A DNA stretch of 64,000 bases from a virus, in the IMG/VR virus record IMGVR_UViG_3300044878_000082, positions 32,001 to 96,000 of that record; one strand, 5' to 3'. A model generated the notes under the pieces. The model was not told where the DNA came from and did not search any database. It saw nothing but the letters and a program-made list of their open reading frames with translations. Positions within the stretch are counted from its first letter, which is position 1, and every line of letters begins with the position of its first letter. A program made the translations under genes and the position numbers. Shown here piece after piece: positions 56,762 to 64,000 of the stretch.

Positions 56762-58183
56762 ATGGAATTAGATGATTTCTTCGAACAGGCTCCACGCCTT
56801 CGCCCAATCTTTAACTTGGGCTGCCTGTTTGACATTCCGACAGGACGTTACTACAAGGGCAAACATGGGGAGATGATTCTCTGTGGTGGTCTGGCGTCGT
56901 TCACCGGCATTGCTGGTCGCGGCAACATGGGTAAGTCGCTGATTGCCCACTTCATGATTCTTCGGATCATGGCCCGTTACATGGCTAAGGCTAACTTCTA
57001 CGATACCGAGACGTCCATGACTCTCGAACGTCTGTACCAGTTGGCTATGCAGTTCCCTGAGCTGATGGGTGAAGATCTGGCTGAGCTGAAGAAGCTCGTC
57101 CTGACCGACTCCACCATGGTCTCGGGTAACAAGTGGTTCGACAAGTTCCGTGACATGTCCAACCTCAAGAAGAAAGAGCAGAAGTCGTTGTACAAGACCA
57201 TGCCTTTCATCGACAACAAAGGCGAGTTCATCAAAGCGATCATGCCGCACTTGTTCGAGATCGACTCCCTCAGTATGTTCATCACGGACTCTGTGGAAGG
57301 CATCTACGACAAGAACGAGATCGGTGACTCCGGTGCCAACACCGACGCCTTGCGTTCTGCTGCGGCTAAAACGCAGATGCTGATGCAGATGCCAAACCTG
57401 ACCGCTGGTGCGAACAACCTCGTGATTGCTACTGCTCACGTTGGCGACAAGCATCAACTCGATCAGTACGCACCTGATCCGAAGAAGCTGGCCTTCCTCA
57501 AAGGGAAGAACGTCTTCAAGAACGTTCCTGAGAAGTTTACGTTCCTCACGAACAACCTGTGGTACTGCAACTCGGTCACTGTCCTTCAGAACAAGGCTAC
57601 CAAAGCTCCTGAGTTCCCTGCTGGACCAGAAGACAACCTTGAAGGCGACACTGACCTGAACTTGCTCGTATTGCAGAACCTGCGAGCTAAGAGCGGCCCT
57701 ACAGGGATGCCGTTCGAAGTTATCTACTCTCAGCGTGAAGGCTTGCTGGTGGGGATGACTGAGTTCAACTACTGCAAGTTCTTCAAGTACGGTATCGGCG
57801 GTCATGACCGTGCCTACTACATCGAGCTGTGTCCGGAAGTCACCATGCAGCGTACAACCGTGCGTGGCAAGATCCGTGACACCCCGCGCCTGCAACGTGC
57901 GCTGGAGATCCAGTCGGAAATGTGCCAGATGGAAAACCTCGGCTTTGTACAAGCCCGTGGTTACCTGATGGAGCCGAAGGAACTCTACGAGAAGATCAAG
58001 GCGATGGGCTACAACTGGGATGAGCTGCTGGATACTCGTGGCTACTGGGACTTCGAAGAGAACAAGAACCCGAAGAACTTCTTGTCGACCTTCGACCTCC
58101 TGCGTATGGCTAAGGGTGAGTACGTTCCTTACTGGTACAAAGGTAAGGTCAACATCTCGGAACTCAAAGCGGCAGCAGCGTGA
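56762..58183 (+). CDS. uvsX: UvsX/RecA-like recombinase (phiKZ gp152-like)
   Basis: Walker A GIAGRGNMGKS, YDTE, IDSLS (Walker B) and LRAKSGPTG. Confidence 0.88.
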   Translation: MELDDFFEQAPRLRPIFNLGCLFDIPTGRYYKGKHGEMILCGGLASFTGIAGRGNMGKSLIAHFMILRIMARYMAKANFYDTETSMTLERLYQLAMQFPELMGEDLAELKKLVLTDSTMVSGNKWFDKFRDMSNLKKKEQKSLYKTMPFIDNKGEFIKAIMPHLFEIDSLSMFITDSVEGIYDKNEIGDSGANTDALRSAAAKTQMLMQMPNLTAGANNLVIATAHVGDKHQLDQYAPDPKKLAFLKGKNVFKNVPEKFTFLTNNLWYCNSVTVLQNKATKAPEFPAGPEDNLEGDTDLNLLVLQNLRAKSGPTGMPFEVIYSQREGLLVGMTEFNYCKFFKYGIGGHDRAYYIELCPEVTMQRTTVRGKIRDTPRLQRALEIQSEMCQMENLGFVQARGYLMEPKELYEKIKAMGYNWDELLDTRGYWDFEENKNPKNFLSTFDLLRMAKGEYVPYWYKGKVNISELKAAAA

Positions 58184-58353
58184 TGGAAAGAACCATCGGT
58201 GGTCTGAAACGATACGACCTCGTCCAGAAGTGCTACGCTCTGGTCACTGAGGATCGAATGTCCTTCTGGGAATCCACAAAGCGGCGCTTGGAACTTCGAA
58301 AGATTTCTCTAGGCGGCGTCTTGAGGATGTGTACCGCGCAAGCAAAACAATAA
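58183..58353 (+). CDS. 56-aa small ORF coupled to uvsX
   Basis: TGATG overlap with the uvsX stop; fills the gap. Confidence 0.45.
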   Translation: MERTIGGLKRYDLVQKCYALVTEDRMSFWESTKRRLELRKISLGGVLRMCTAQAKQ

Positions 58354-58367
58354 AATGGAGCTTACAG

Positions 58368-58571
58368 ATGGAATGGCTGATACTGGCGTTGGTTGTTGGG
58401 GTACTCCTCTTTGGTGCATGGTTGTCGTGTAGCAATGAGATTGATGAATGGAACGAAGGCATCTGTCCTGAATCGGGTGAGCCTTGGGTTTTGATCGACA
58501 ACAGTGAAGCCGGACGTCTGTACAGCGACGGGCGTGGTAATACGATCTGGATGTCGTGGTTCTACCCTTAA
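58368..58571 (+). CDS. small membrane-anchored phage protein
   Basis: GGAG SD; N-terminal TM followed by WNEGICP..GEPW. Confidence 0.7.
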   Translation: MEWLILALVVGVLLFGAWLSCSNEIDEWNEGICPESGEPWVLIDNSEAGRLYSDGRGNTIWMSWFYP

Positions 58572-58630
58572 GCATAGCGGCCTAACCTTCGGGTTAGGCT
58601 TTTATGCCGTTTCCTCAAATAAAAAAATCT

Positions 58631-58660
58631 CAGATATATATTACTCCAGTGAATAGGATA
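58631..58660 (+). promoter_or_regulatory. phiKZ-type early promoter (TATATTAC, extended)
   Basis: CAGATATATATTACTCCAGTGAATAGGATA; matches 5641-5670. Confidence 0.8.
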
Positions 58661-58705
58661 GCAATATCGTGTTCATTAATCTCAATCCTTAGAAGGAATG
58701 TAACA

Positions 58706-58984
58706 ATGCAACCTACTGATCTCGGTAACGAACCTACCAACGTCTGGGCTTTGATGAGCGCAGCCGATCACCAAGGTATTGAAACCATCACTACGGGGAT
58801 GGCGATTACCGGTGGGGTGTTGGTGAAGAACGTCACCATCGTTCGTGAGAGCAAAGGTTTCGCCTGTGATAAGAACACTGTTGGCACTTCGGAGTCGACT
58901 GTCTTTATCCCAGGTGTGGAGTTGGTTCGTGGTTCCCGTGCTGGGTTCTACGAAATCAACTACATGCCAGGCAACCGTAACTAA
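58706..58984 (+). CDS. hypothetical early protein
   Basis: AAGGA SD in module A. Confidence 0.75.
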   Translation: MQPTDLGNEPTNVWALMSAADHQGIETITTGMAITGGVLVKNVTIVRESKGFACDKNTVGTSESTVFIPGVELVRGSRAGFYEINYMPGNRN

Positions 58985-59040
58985 ACAACCCCGCCCTCTT
59001 CGGAGGGCAACCCAATCTAAAGTTCTATGGAGAACTAGCT

Positions 59041-59628
59041 ATGTCCGCACTGCTGAAACTGAAACCTGCTATGGATTTCCTCCGTAAGCAAACCTCCATC
59101 GTGGTTGATGGTCAGGTGATCGAACACTGTCACTTCGGTGTGGTGGAATCGCCGACTGGTAATCCTGGTCTGGTGATGCTGCCTCGCACCGATGGTCAAC
59201 TGCGTGTTCTGGAACTGGTGAACGACCAAGTCGTCCCATCGGTCTGGATCACCAAACTGATTCCTCACCACTTCCGTGGGTCGCTTGGTAAGGATCTCGA
59301 CGAAGCTGTGGCGGTGTTCAACCGTCAGATGCAGTTCAAGATCCTGCTGGTGGTGACCTTCGGCCAAGTGGCTGAGGAAGTCTTTGAAGTGAACCCAACG
59401 GTGGTTCGCGAACTGGAGCTGGCTTTGTTGGCCGGTCGTGTTGAGGCTTCCCGCTTCTACATCTATCTGGATGAAGAAGGCGGCACCAAGATGTTGGTGA
59501 TGACGCCAGACAACGAGTACGAAGTGCTGGGTAAATCCAAGCACAGTGCTACGTTGATCGTCAGGACTCCGATCACGGCGTTGGTGGCGGAGAAGATCCG
59601 CAACAACGAACCATGGACTGAGTGCTAA
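59041..59628 (+). CDS. hypothetical early protein
   Basis: GGAG SD in module C. Confidence 0.8.
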   Translation: MSALLKLKPAMDFLRKQTSIVVDGQVIEHCHFGVVESPTGNPGLVMLPRTDGQLRVLELVNDQVVPSVWITKLIPHHFRGSLGKDLDEAVAVFNRQMQFKILLVVTFGQVAEEVFEVNPTVVRELELALLAGRVEASRFYIYLDEEGGTKMLVMTPDNEYEVLGKSKHSATLIVRTPITALVAEKIRNNEPWTEC

Positions 59629-59694
59629 GTCCTCCGTAACACCGCCCTCTTCGGAGGGCAACCCTAATCCTAAATCCTTAGAAGGAATTACACC

Positions 59695-60000
59695 ATGTGC
59701 ACATTTACCTCGATCCTGACTCGCGCTCTGCAAATCAACTCCTTGGCAATGGTTGAAGAAGCTATGGCTGAACACAACCGCCTGACCGAAGCCGAGAACA
59801 TCGTTTACTGGAAACGGTTCGATGAGATCCGTCGTACCCGTAAAGAAATGCAAGACAACTCCATCACAGCGATCTACATTGACTCGCTGAAGTACGACAT
59901 GAACGTGATCAATCGCGATCAAGGTCGTCGTACGATTGCTCTGAAGCGTTACACCGACATGATCATGGCTAATGTTTCCCCTGTTAAAAACGCAGCATAA
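59695..60000 (+). CDS. hypothetical early protein
   Basis: AAGGA SD in module A. Confidence 0.75.
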   Translation: MCTFTSILTRALQINSLAMVEEAMAEHNRLTEAENIVYWKRFDEIRRTRKEMQDNSITAIYIDSLKYDMNVINRDQGRRTIALKRYTDMIMANVSPVKNAA

Positions 60001-60027
60001 ATCTAAAGTTCTGTGGAGAACGAAACT

Positions 60028-60240
60028 ATGTGGTACAAAAGAAAGAATCTGGCTGGTGGCGTTATGGTTATCAGCGGTGAGATTGTAAACCTGTGCACTC
60101 TGGACTTCTCGGAAGACGGTTGCGTACAGAACACAGTCGGTGATCGACTGGACCCAGTAGACTTCCCAGTGGAAGAGTTGTCCTACGCCATGCGCGATTG
60201 GGAAAACACTTCGCTGTGGAGTGAAGGTCGGGTTTGGTAA
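60028..60240 (+). CDS. hypothetical early protein
   Basis: GGAG SD in module C. Confidence 0.7.
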   Translation: MWYKRKNLAGGVMVISGEIVNLCTLDFSEDGCVQNTVGDRLDPVDFPVEELSYAMRDWENTSLWSEGRVW

Positions 60241-60276
60241 GACGCAACAATAATCTTAGGTTCTGTGGAGAACGAT

Positions 60277-60672
60277 ATGAATACTGCAAAAGTCAATGCT
60301 GGTCGGGTGTTGATCCAGTCCAAGCAAATCGAATTGAAAAACCTCATGACTAAGTTCAGGCGCTCTGCCGAACTCTACAGTCGGTGGGTAGCGCAACACA
60401 AAAAGGAACAACCCGCGTACACCGAAGAGAACATGGAGACTCTGGCTCTCCATGTGATCCACGCGGTGCTGGTGGGTGACCTGTATATGGTCCAGTTCTG
60501 GGCTGCCTGTTGCACCCATGTCAAGAATGATCTTGACACTGCGATCAAACGCGAAATCCGCTTTCGTCATCAGGTCGACCGTGTCGTGAAAATCGTCGAG
60601 GCGTATCGAGATCTGATCTCAGCCAAAGGTGCAGAAATCCAAGAACTCTACCGCTCGCTCGAGCAGGGTTGA
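60277..60672 (+). CDS. hypothetical early protein
   Basis: GGAG SD in a variant module C. Confidence 0.75.
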   Translation: MNTAKVNAGRVLIQSKQIELKNLMTKFRRSAELYSRWVAQHKKEQPAYTEENMETLALHVIHAVLVGDLYMVQFWAACCTHVKNDLDTAIKREIRFRHQVDRVVKIVEAYRDLISAKGAEIQELYRSLEQG

Positions 60673-60686
60673 GTTTAACCGATAAC

Positions 60687-60720
60687 AAATAGCCCTGCTT
60701 GTACAGAGGGTTATTTTTTT
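60687..60720 (+). terminator. intrinsic terminator closing the early operon
   Basis: AAATAGCCCT...AGGGTTATTT followed by a T run. Confidence 0.7.
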
Positions 60721-60795
60721 GTCTCCAGTAATTCTTAATATAACGAGGTAACTATATAGGTGGTGTCCCCTTAACTAACTTTCGAGGCTTAAAGA

Positions 60796-61074
60796 ATGAA
60801 TTCCTTTTTCGATTCAGTCGTACAATGCTTGAGTAAACACAGTCGTGATGCGGCGACCAAGCTCCACCATCACACGCCGAGTGCGGCACTGAACGTTAGT
60901 CCCATTGCTCACATCAACAACTACCTGCGGGTTCAGTTGGGTATGTTGCCGTGCTCCACGGTTGCCGAACGTGAGTGCCTGATGGACGATGTCTCCGAAC
61001 GCGAATGGCTACGCTTGTTCAACAAACACGTAGCTCCAACGATTGCAGCTTACGGGTTGCCTGCCTGGAAATAA
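60796..61074 (+). CDS. hypothetical protein
   Basis: GAGG SD; 92 aa. Confidence 0.65.
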   Translation: MNSFFDSVVQCLSKHSRDAATKLHHHTPSAALNVSPIAHINNYLRVQLGMLPCSTVAERECLMDDVSEREWLRLFNKHVAPTIAAYGLPAWK

Positions 61075-61078
61075 GATC

Positions 61079-61678
61079 ATGAACACTGGTTCCCTGAGTC
61101 GTTTCTTTTTACCCAATGGTGGCGTTGACGTGTTTGCTTTGGCTGTCGAGTCTACCAGACTTTCTCAGAGGGGAATCGAGATGCCTGTTGGGTTTGACCA
61201 GACCTTGATGAACAGCGTCAGCAGTAACAGAGAATGTACCGATGCAATGCCTTCGTTTGAAGTGCGGCATCAAACCCGTGGTCTTTACGACGTCGTACAC
61301 TTGCTGGTGTATTGCCCAGACTTCGTAGGGGACATGGTGTCGATTGAGAACACCGTACTGGCTTTACTGAAAGACCTTGGCTGGGACCCAGAACTACCGC
61401 GTGTCGGTGCTGTTGTCCACATGGCCGGAGGAGACGGTTTCGTCAACGCAATGACGTACGTAGTTGCACGCCAGCGCTTACCCCACCACAGCGTATGGTT
61501 ATCGAAGGATAATGGAGAAGCCCAAGAGGCGCTAGATCACGAGTTGAAGCAATGTACCCACGCAGTCGAATTCACTTCACGACGTATGGCTACACAGTGC
61601 TACTCGCAGCAGTCTCACTTCGGTAATCTGGCCTACAACCACGGACTGTCTTACCTTAAGTTCGTTTTGAATGAGTGA
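61079..61678 (+). CDS. hypothetical protein
   Basis: ~199-aa ORF in an operon upstream of the RNAP subunit. Confidence 0.65.
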   Translation: MNTGSLSRFFLPNGGVDVFALAVESTRLSQRGIEMPVGFDQTLMNSVSSNRECTDAMPSFEVRHQTRGLYDVVHLLVYCPDFVGDMVSIENTVLALLKDLGWDPELPRVGAVVHMAGGDGFVNAMTYVVARQRLPHHSVWLSKDNGEAQEALDHELKQCTHAVEFTSRRMATQCYSQQSHFGNLAYNHGLSYLKFVLNE

Positions 61679-61709
61679 TCCTATAGGGAACTAATTAGGA
61701 TCACTTACC

Positions 61710-62381
61710 ATGGGCAATCGTAAAGCTGCTACCGATATGATCTTGAAGTACATCGAGAAGATCTTACCCGGTAGCCCGAATACCGCGTTCTACGTGAAAC
61801 GTTTGGCAGAGATGTCAGACGCAGAGTTCGCCAAGTTCATGAAGAATCTGGAGGACGGGACTGAGATCCTGACCATCAAGACTCCGAACCTGTCGAAACA
61901 GAAGTTGGACTTACAACGCAACTTGGGAATCGCCAAGGAGCTGGGTCACGACTTCTTCCAATACCTGATCCTGACGGACCCGACTACCGGTGAGGTCTAC
62001 AAGACTCCTGTGAAGTATCTGGTCATTGACGTTCCACTACGGCGTCAGGTTCAATTGTTGCAGAGTAAAGCGACCATCCCTGAGAACAACAAGCACATCG
62101 ACGAACTGTCTGGCCAATCCACCGGCCCCTCCAAAGGTTCGAAGATCTCCTTCCCTGAACTTCAGGTGTTGTTTGCTCAGGGTCTGGATTCAACGATCAC
62201 CGAGCTGATCAAGTTCCGTGGTGGTGACGCCAAGGCCTTTAACGCCATGAACCGTGCCATCATCGAGAACGGTGGGGTGAGTATTGAATACCTCGCTCAG
62301 TTTGGTACCAAGGTTAAGTCGGTGACTACCCTGTCGACCCTGCTTAAAACCATCCACCTCGATAACACACTGGACAAGTAA
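61710..62381 (+). CDS. virion RNA polymerase beta-like subunit, C-terminal fragment (phiKZ gp149-like)
   Basis: PLRRQVQLL..K...IDELSGQSTGPSKGSKISFPELQVL...ELIKFRGGD corresponds to the beta C-terminal region. Confidence 0.88.
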   Translation: MGNRKAATDMILKYIEKILPGSPNTAFYVKRLAEMSDAEFAKFMKNLEDGTEILTIKTPNLSKQKLDLQRNLGIAKELGHDFFQYLILTDPTTGEVYKTPVKYLVIDVPLRRQVQLLQSKATIPENNKHIDELSGQSTGPSKGSKISFPELQVLFAQGLDSTITELIKFRGGDAKAFNAMNRAIIENGGVSIEYLAQFGTKVKSVTTLSTLLKTIHLDNTLDK

Positions 62382-62857
62382 TGAAAGAATTGCTGAATGA
62401 CATTACCGCCGCTCTGCGTCGTCGCTTCAATGCGATGCTGGATGACGAAGGTAAGGTGCATGTGGTGGAGTTTCTTTTTTTCCTCCAGAATGACATCCGT
62501 CTGAATCAGTTGGCCACCGAGACCCAGATCGAAGAACTGTGGGAACACATCCGTGACAAAGAGGCACTGGTTGACTTTGTCCACGGTGGTAGCCAACAAA
62601 TGCGTTTCATCTTGGGTGACGAAGAGTGGAGTGCTCTGGTTGCTCGGTTGGCTGACGCATTCACGGTTAACTACGAGGCCAGTATCGAACTGTCCGAAGA
62701 GCAGACCATCGGTGAAGACCTGCTGGAGCGTATGGTTTCCAAACCTAACCTCACTGTCTTCTTGACTCACTATCCGTGGCTGGTGCTGGTACTACTGATC
62801 GACTTGTTGGATCTCGACGTTGTACTAGCCGGCCAGCGACCTGAAGAGGCTGCGTAA
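62381..62857 (+). CDS. hypothetical protein
   Basis: TAATG overlap with the RNAP subunit gene. Confidence 0.75.
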   Translation: MKELLNDITAALRRRFNAMLDDEGKVHVVEFLFFLQNDIRLNQLATETQIEELWEHIRDKEALVDFVHGGSQQMRFILGDEEWSALVARLADAFTVNYEASIELSEEQTIGEDLLERMVSKPNLTVFLTHYPWLVLVLLIDLLDLDVVLAGQRPEEAA

Positions 62858-63561
62858 TGGATCAACACATCCTCTGTGAGATTGATGCCCTGATTGACAC
62901 CCGACTACCTTCCATAGCTCGGGTTAATCCAGACGCTGCGGCCAAGATGGTGAACGACTACTACTGGTTGCGTCTGTCTGACGACTTCGAGAAGTACACG
63001 GGTGGGTTGGTGACGAACGAGGCTTACAAAGCTCAGTACGCCAAACGGGACGTTGACACACTACGGGGTGGGTTGGGCACAGAGATGTGTTTGTCTCTGA
63101 CCAGCATCTTTGCAAACCTGTGTGACCAGCGGATCAACACGCCTCTGGTAACAGACGTTAAGCTGACCATCAACTTCTATCCGTACATCTTGGCGGAAGA
63201 AGAGATCGAGGCTTTCCTCACCAGCATTGCCGTGTTCACCAACAACGAAGTCAAGTTGGGCCATGTGTGGTTGTCGCCTGATGAAATCACTCCAGCGTTC
63301 TTGGATGCAGACTACTCAGCCTACATCCTCTACGACTTCAACAACTGGATGCGGTTTCAAGAGCAACGGTTTATCGACAAGGTAATTCCCAGCATCACCG
63401 TGTTTGCTCCGGCAATCTCTGCGGTGGGGGATTTCACTGAGGAAGACATTACAGTGGCTAACGTGGGTGTGGTGTCTCCCTTTGAGATGCTGGAGTTCAC
63501 GAGCAAACTGTACATGAACCTTCAGTTGGTTGCGGTTGACCAGTTCTGTCCTGTTCGGTAA
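62857..63561 (+). CDS. conserved phiKZ-like hypothetical protein
   Basis: TAATG overlap; EIDALIDTRL, TINFYPY and YILYDFNNW. Confidence 0.75.
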   Translation: MDQHILCEIDALIDTRLPSIARVNPDAAAKMVNDYYWLRLSDDFEKYTGGLVTNEAYKAQYAKRDVDTLRGGLGTEMCLSLTSIFANLCDQRINTPLVTDVKLTINFYPYILAEEEIEAFLTSIAVFTNNEVKLGHVWLSPDEITPAFLDADYSAYILYDFNNWMRFQEQRFIDKVIPSITVFAPAISAVGDFTEEDITVANVGVVSPFEMLEFTSKLYMNLQLVAVDQFCPVR

Positions 63562-63636
63562 CGGCATAAGGAGAGGCCACAAGGCCTCTCTCTATGACCG
63601 TATTTAAAATTACGGTGTATGACGATACTATGTCGT

Positions 63637-63999
63637 TCACTCGTCTTCGAAGTCTTTTACGAATTCGCCGAAGTTCATGTTCGCTGTACCGATGCTCATT
63701 TCCCCAGGAACTGGCTCTACCTTGGGTAGCTTGTGGAGTTCGCCGTCAACGTACTGCTCAATCAGCAACCCACCACCCACGGTGGAGTTACCGTTCTCGT
63801 ACGGAATGTTCGAGCCGAACTTACGCACAACGTCAGCGATTACACTGGCCACGTACTTATCAGAGTCAGCCAGTTTCTCTGCCGCACCGATTCGCTTGTT
63901 GCCCAAGGCCTGACGGTCCATGTCATTCCACAGGGTCATTAACTGCCCTTGTGTATCAGTATCACTGGGCCAACCATTTTTCAACAACTCTGCCTCAAG
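63637..63999 (-). CDS. hypothetical protein (5' end beyond the window)
   Basis: frame open to the window edge; LWNDMDRQALGNKRI. Confidence 0.7.
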   Translation of the reverse strand, partial: LEAELLKNGWPSDTDTQGQLMTLWNDMDRQALGNKRIGAAEKLADSDKYVASVIADVVRKFGSNIPYENGNSTVGGGLLIEQYVDGELHKLPKVEPVPGEMSIGTANMNFGEFVKDFEDE

Positions 64000-64000
64000 A

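Larger units (their letters stand above)
58684..60273 (+). repeat. repeated intergenic leader modules A, B and C
   Basis: A AATCCTTAGAAGGAAT x2; B CCGCCCTCTTCGGAGGGCAACCC x2; C AATCTwArGTTCTrTGGAGAAC x3. Confidence 0.9.

Noticed and set aside
58684-60273. CRISPR array or integron attC sites
   Set aside because: The spacers are whole genes of 200-600 bp, the repeats are of three different types, there are no GTTRRRY core boxes, and no cas or integrase gene is in the window.
59014-60273. RsmA/CsrA binding sites in the SD hairpins
   Set aside because: GGA is not presented in an ANGGAN hexaloop with a proper closing stem, and two of the three copies read GTGGAG.
8892-60759. TATATAG at 8892, 16710 and 60753 as a further promoter class
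   Set aside because: Only three short AT-rich hits, one overlapping an SD close to the ATG; insufficient without TSS data.

Overview
This 64 kb window looks like part of a phiKZ-like (Chimalliviridae, nucleus-forming type) jumbo phage genome. No bacterial housekeeping context, tRNAs, CRISPR arrays or mobile elements were recognised. Recognisable genes, in order: the C-terminus of an NAD-dependent DNA ligase, DHFR, a DUF1353 protein, DnaB helicase, major capsid protein, a non-virion RNAP beta-like subunit, a likely portal, baseplate/virion proteins, RuvC, an internal head protein, endolysin, a tail-fibre/adhesin cluster, PAAR plus central spike, SbcC/Rad50 ATPase, RNase HI, UvsX/RecA and a virion RNAP beta C-terminal subunit. 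phiKZ gp numbers are recalled from motif and synteny, not from a search. The most unusual signals are non-coding: (1) a helix-rich ~530-nt candidate large ncRNA at 5097-5630; (2) multi-way-junction RNA folds at 11208-11345 and 49591-49694, plus a weaker one at 4520-4640; (3) about 13 full or partial copies of a GCATA-hairpin-TATGCCG gene-end element; (4) an early operon built from shuffled repeated leader modules (58684-60273); (5) an extended TATATTAC early promoter present twice. Protein-level oddities include a gp38-like glycine-rich adhesin split into two genes, three tail paralogues that differ by a ~720-aa insertion, and a prion-like region in the gene downstream of the RNAP subunit. All RNA folds were found by eye and need computational confirmation.
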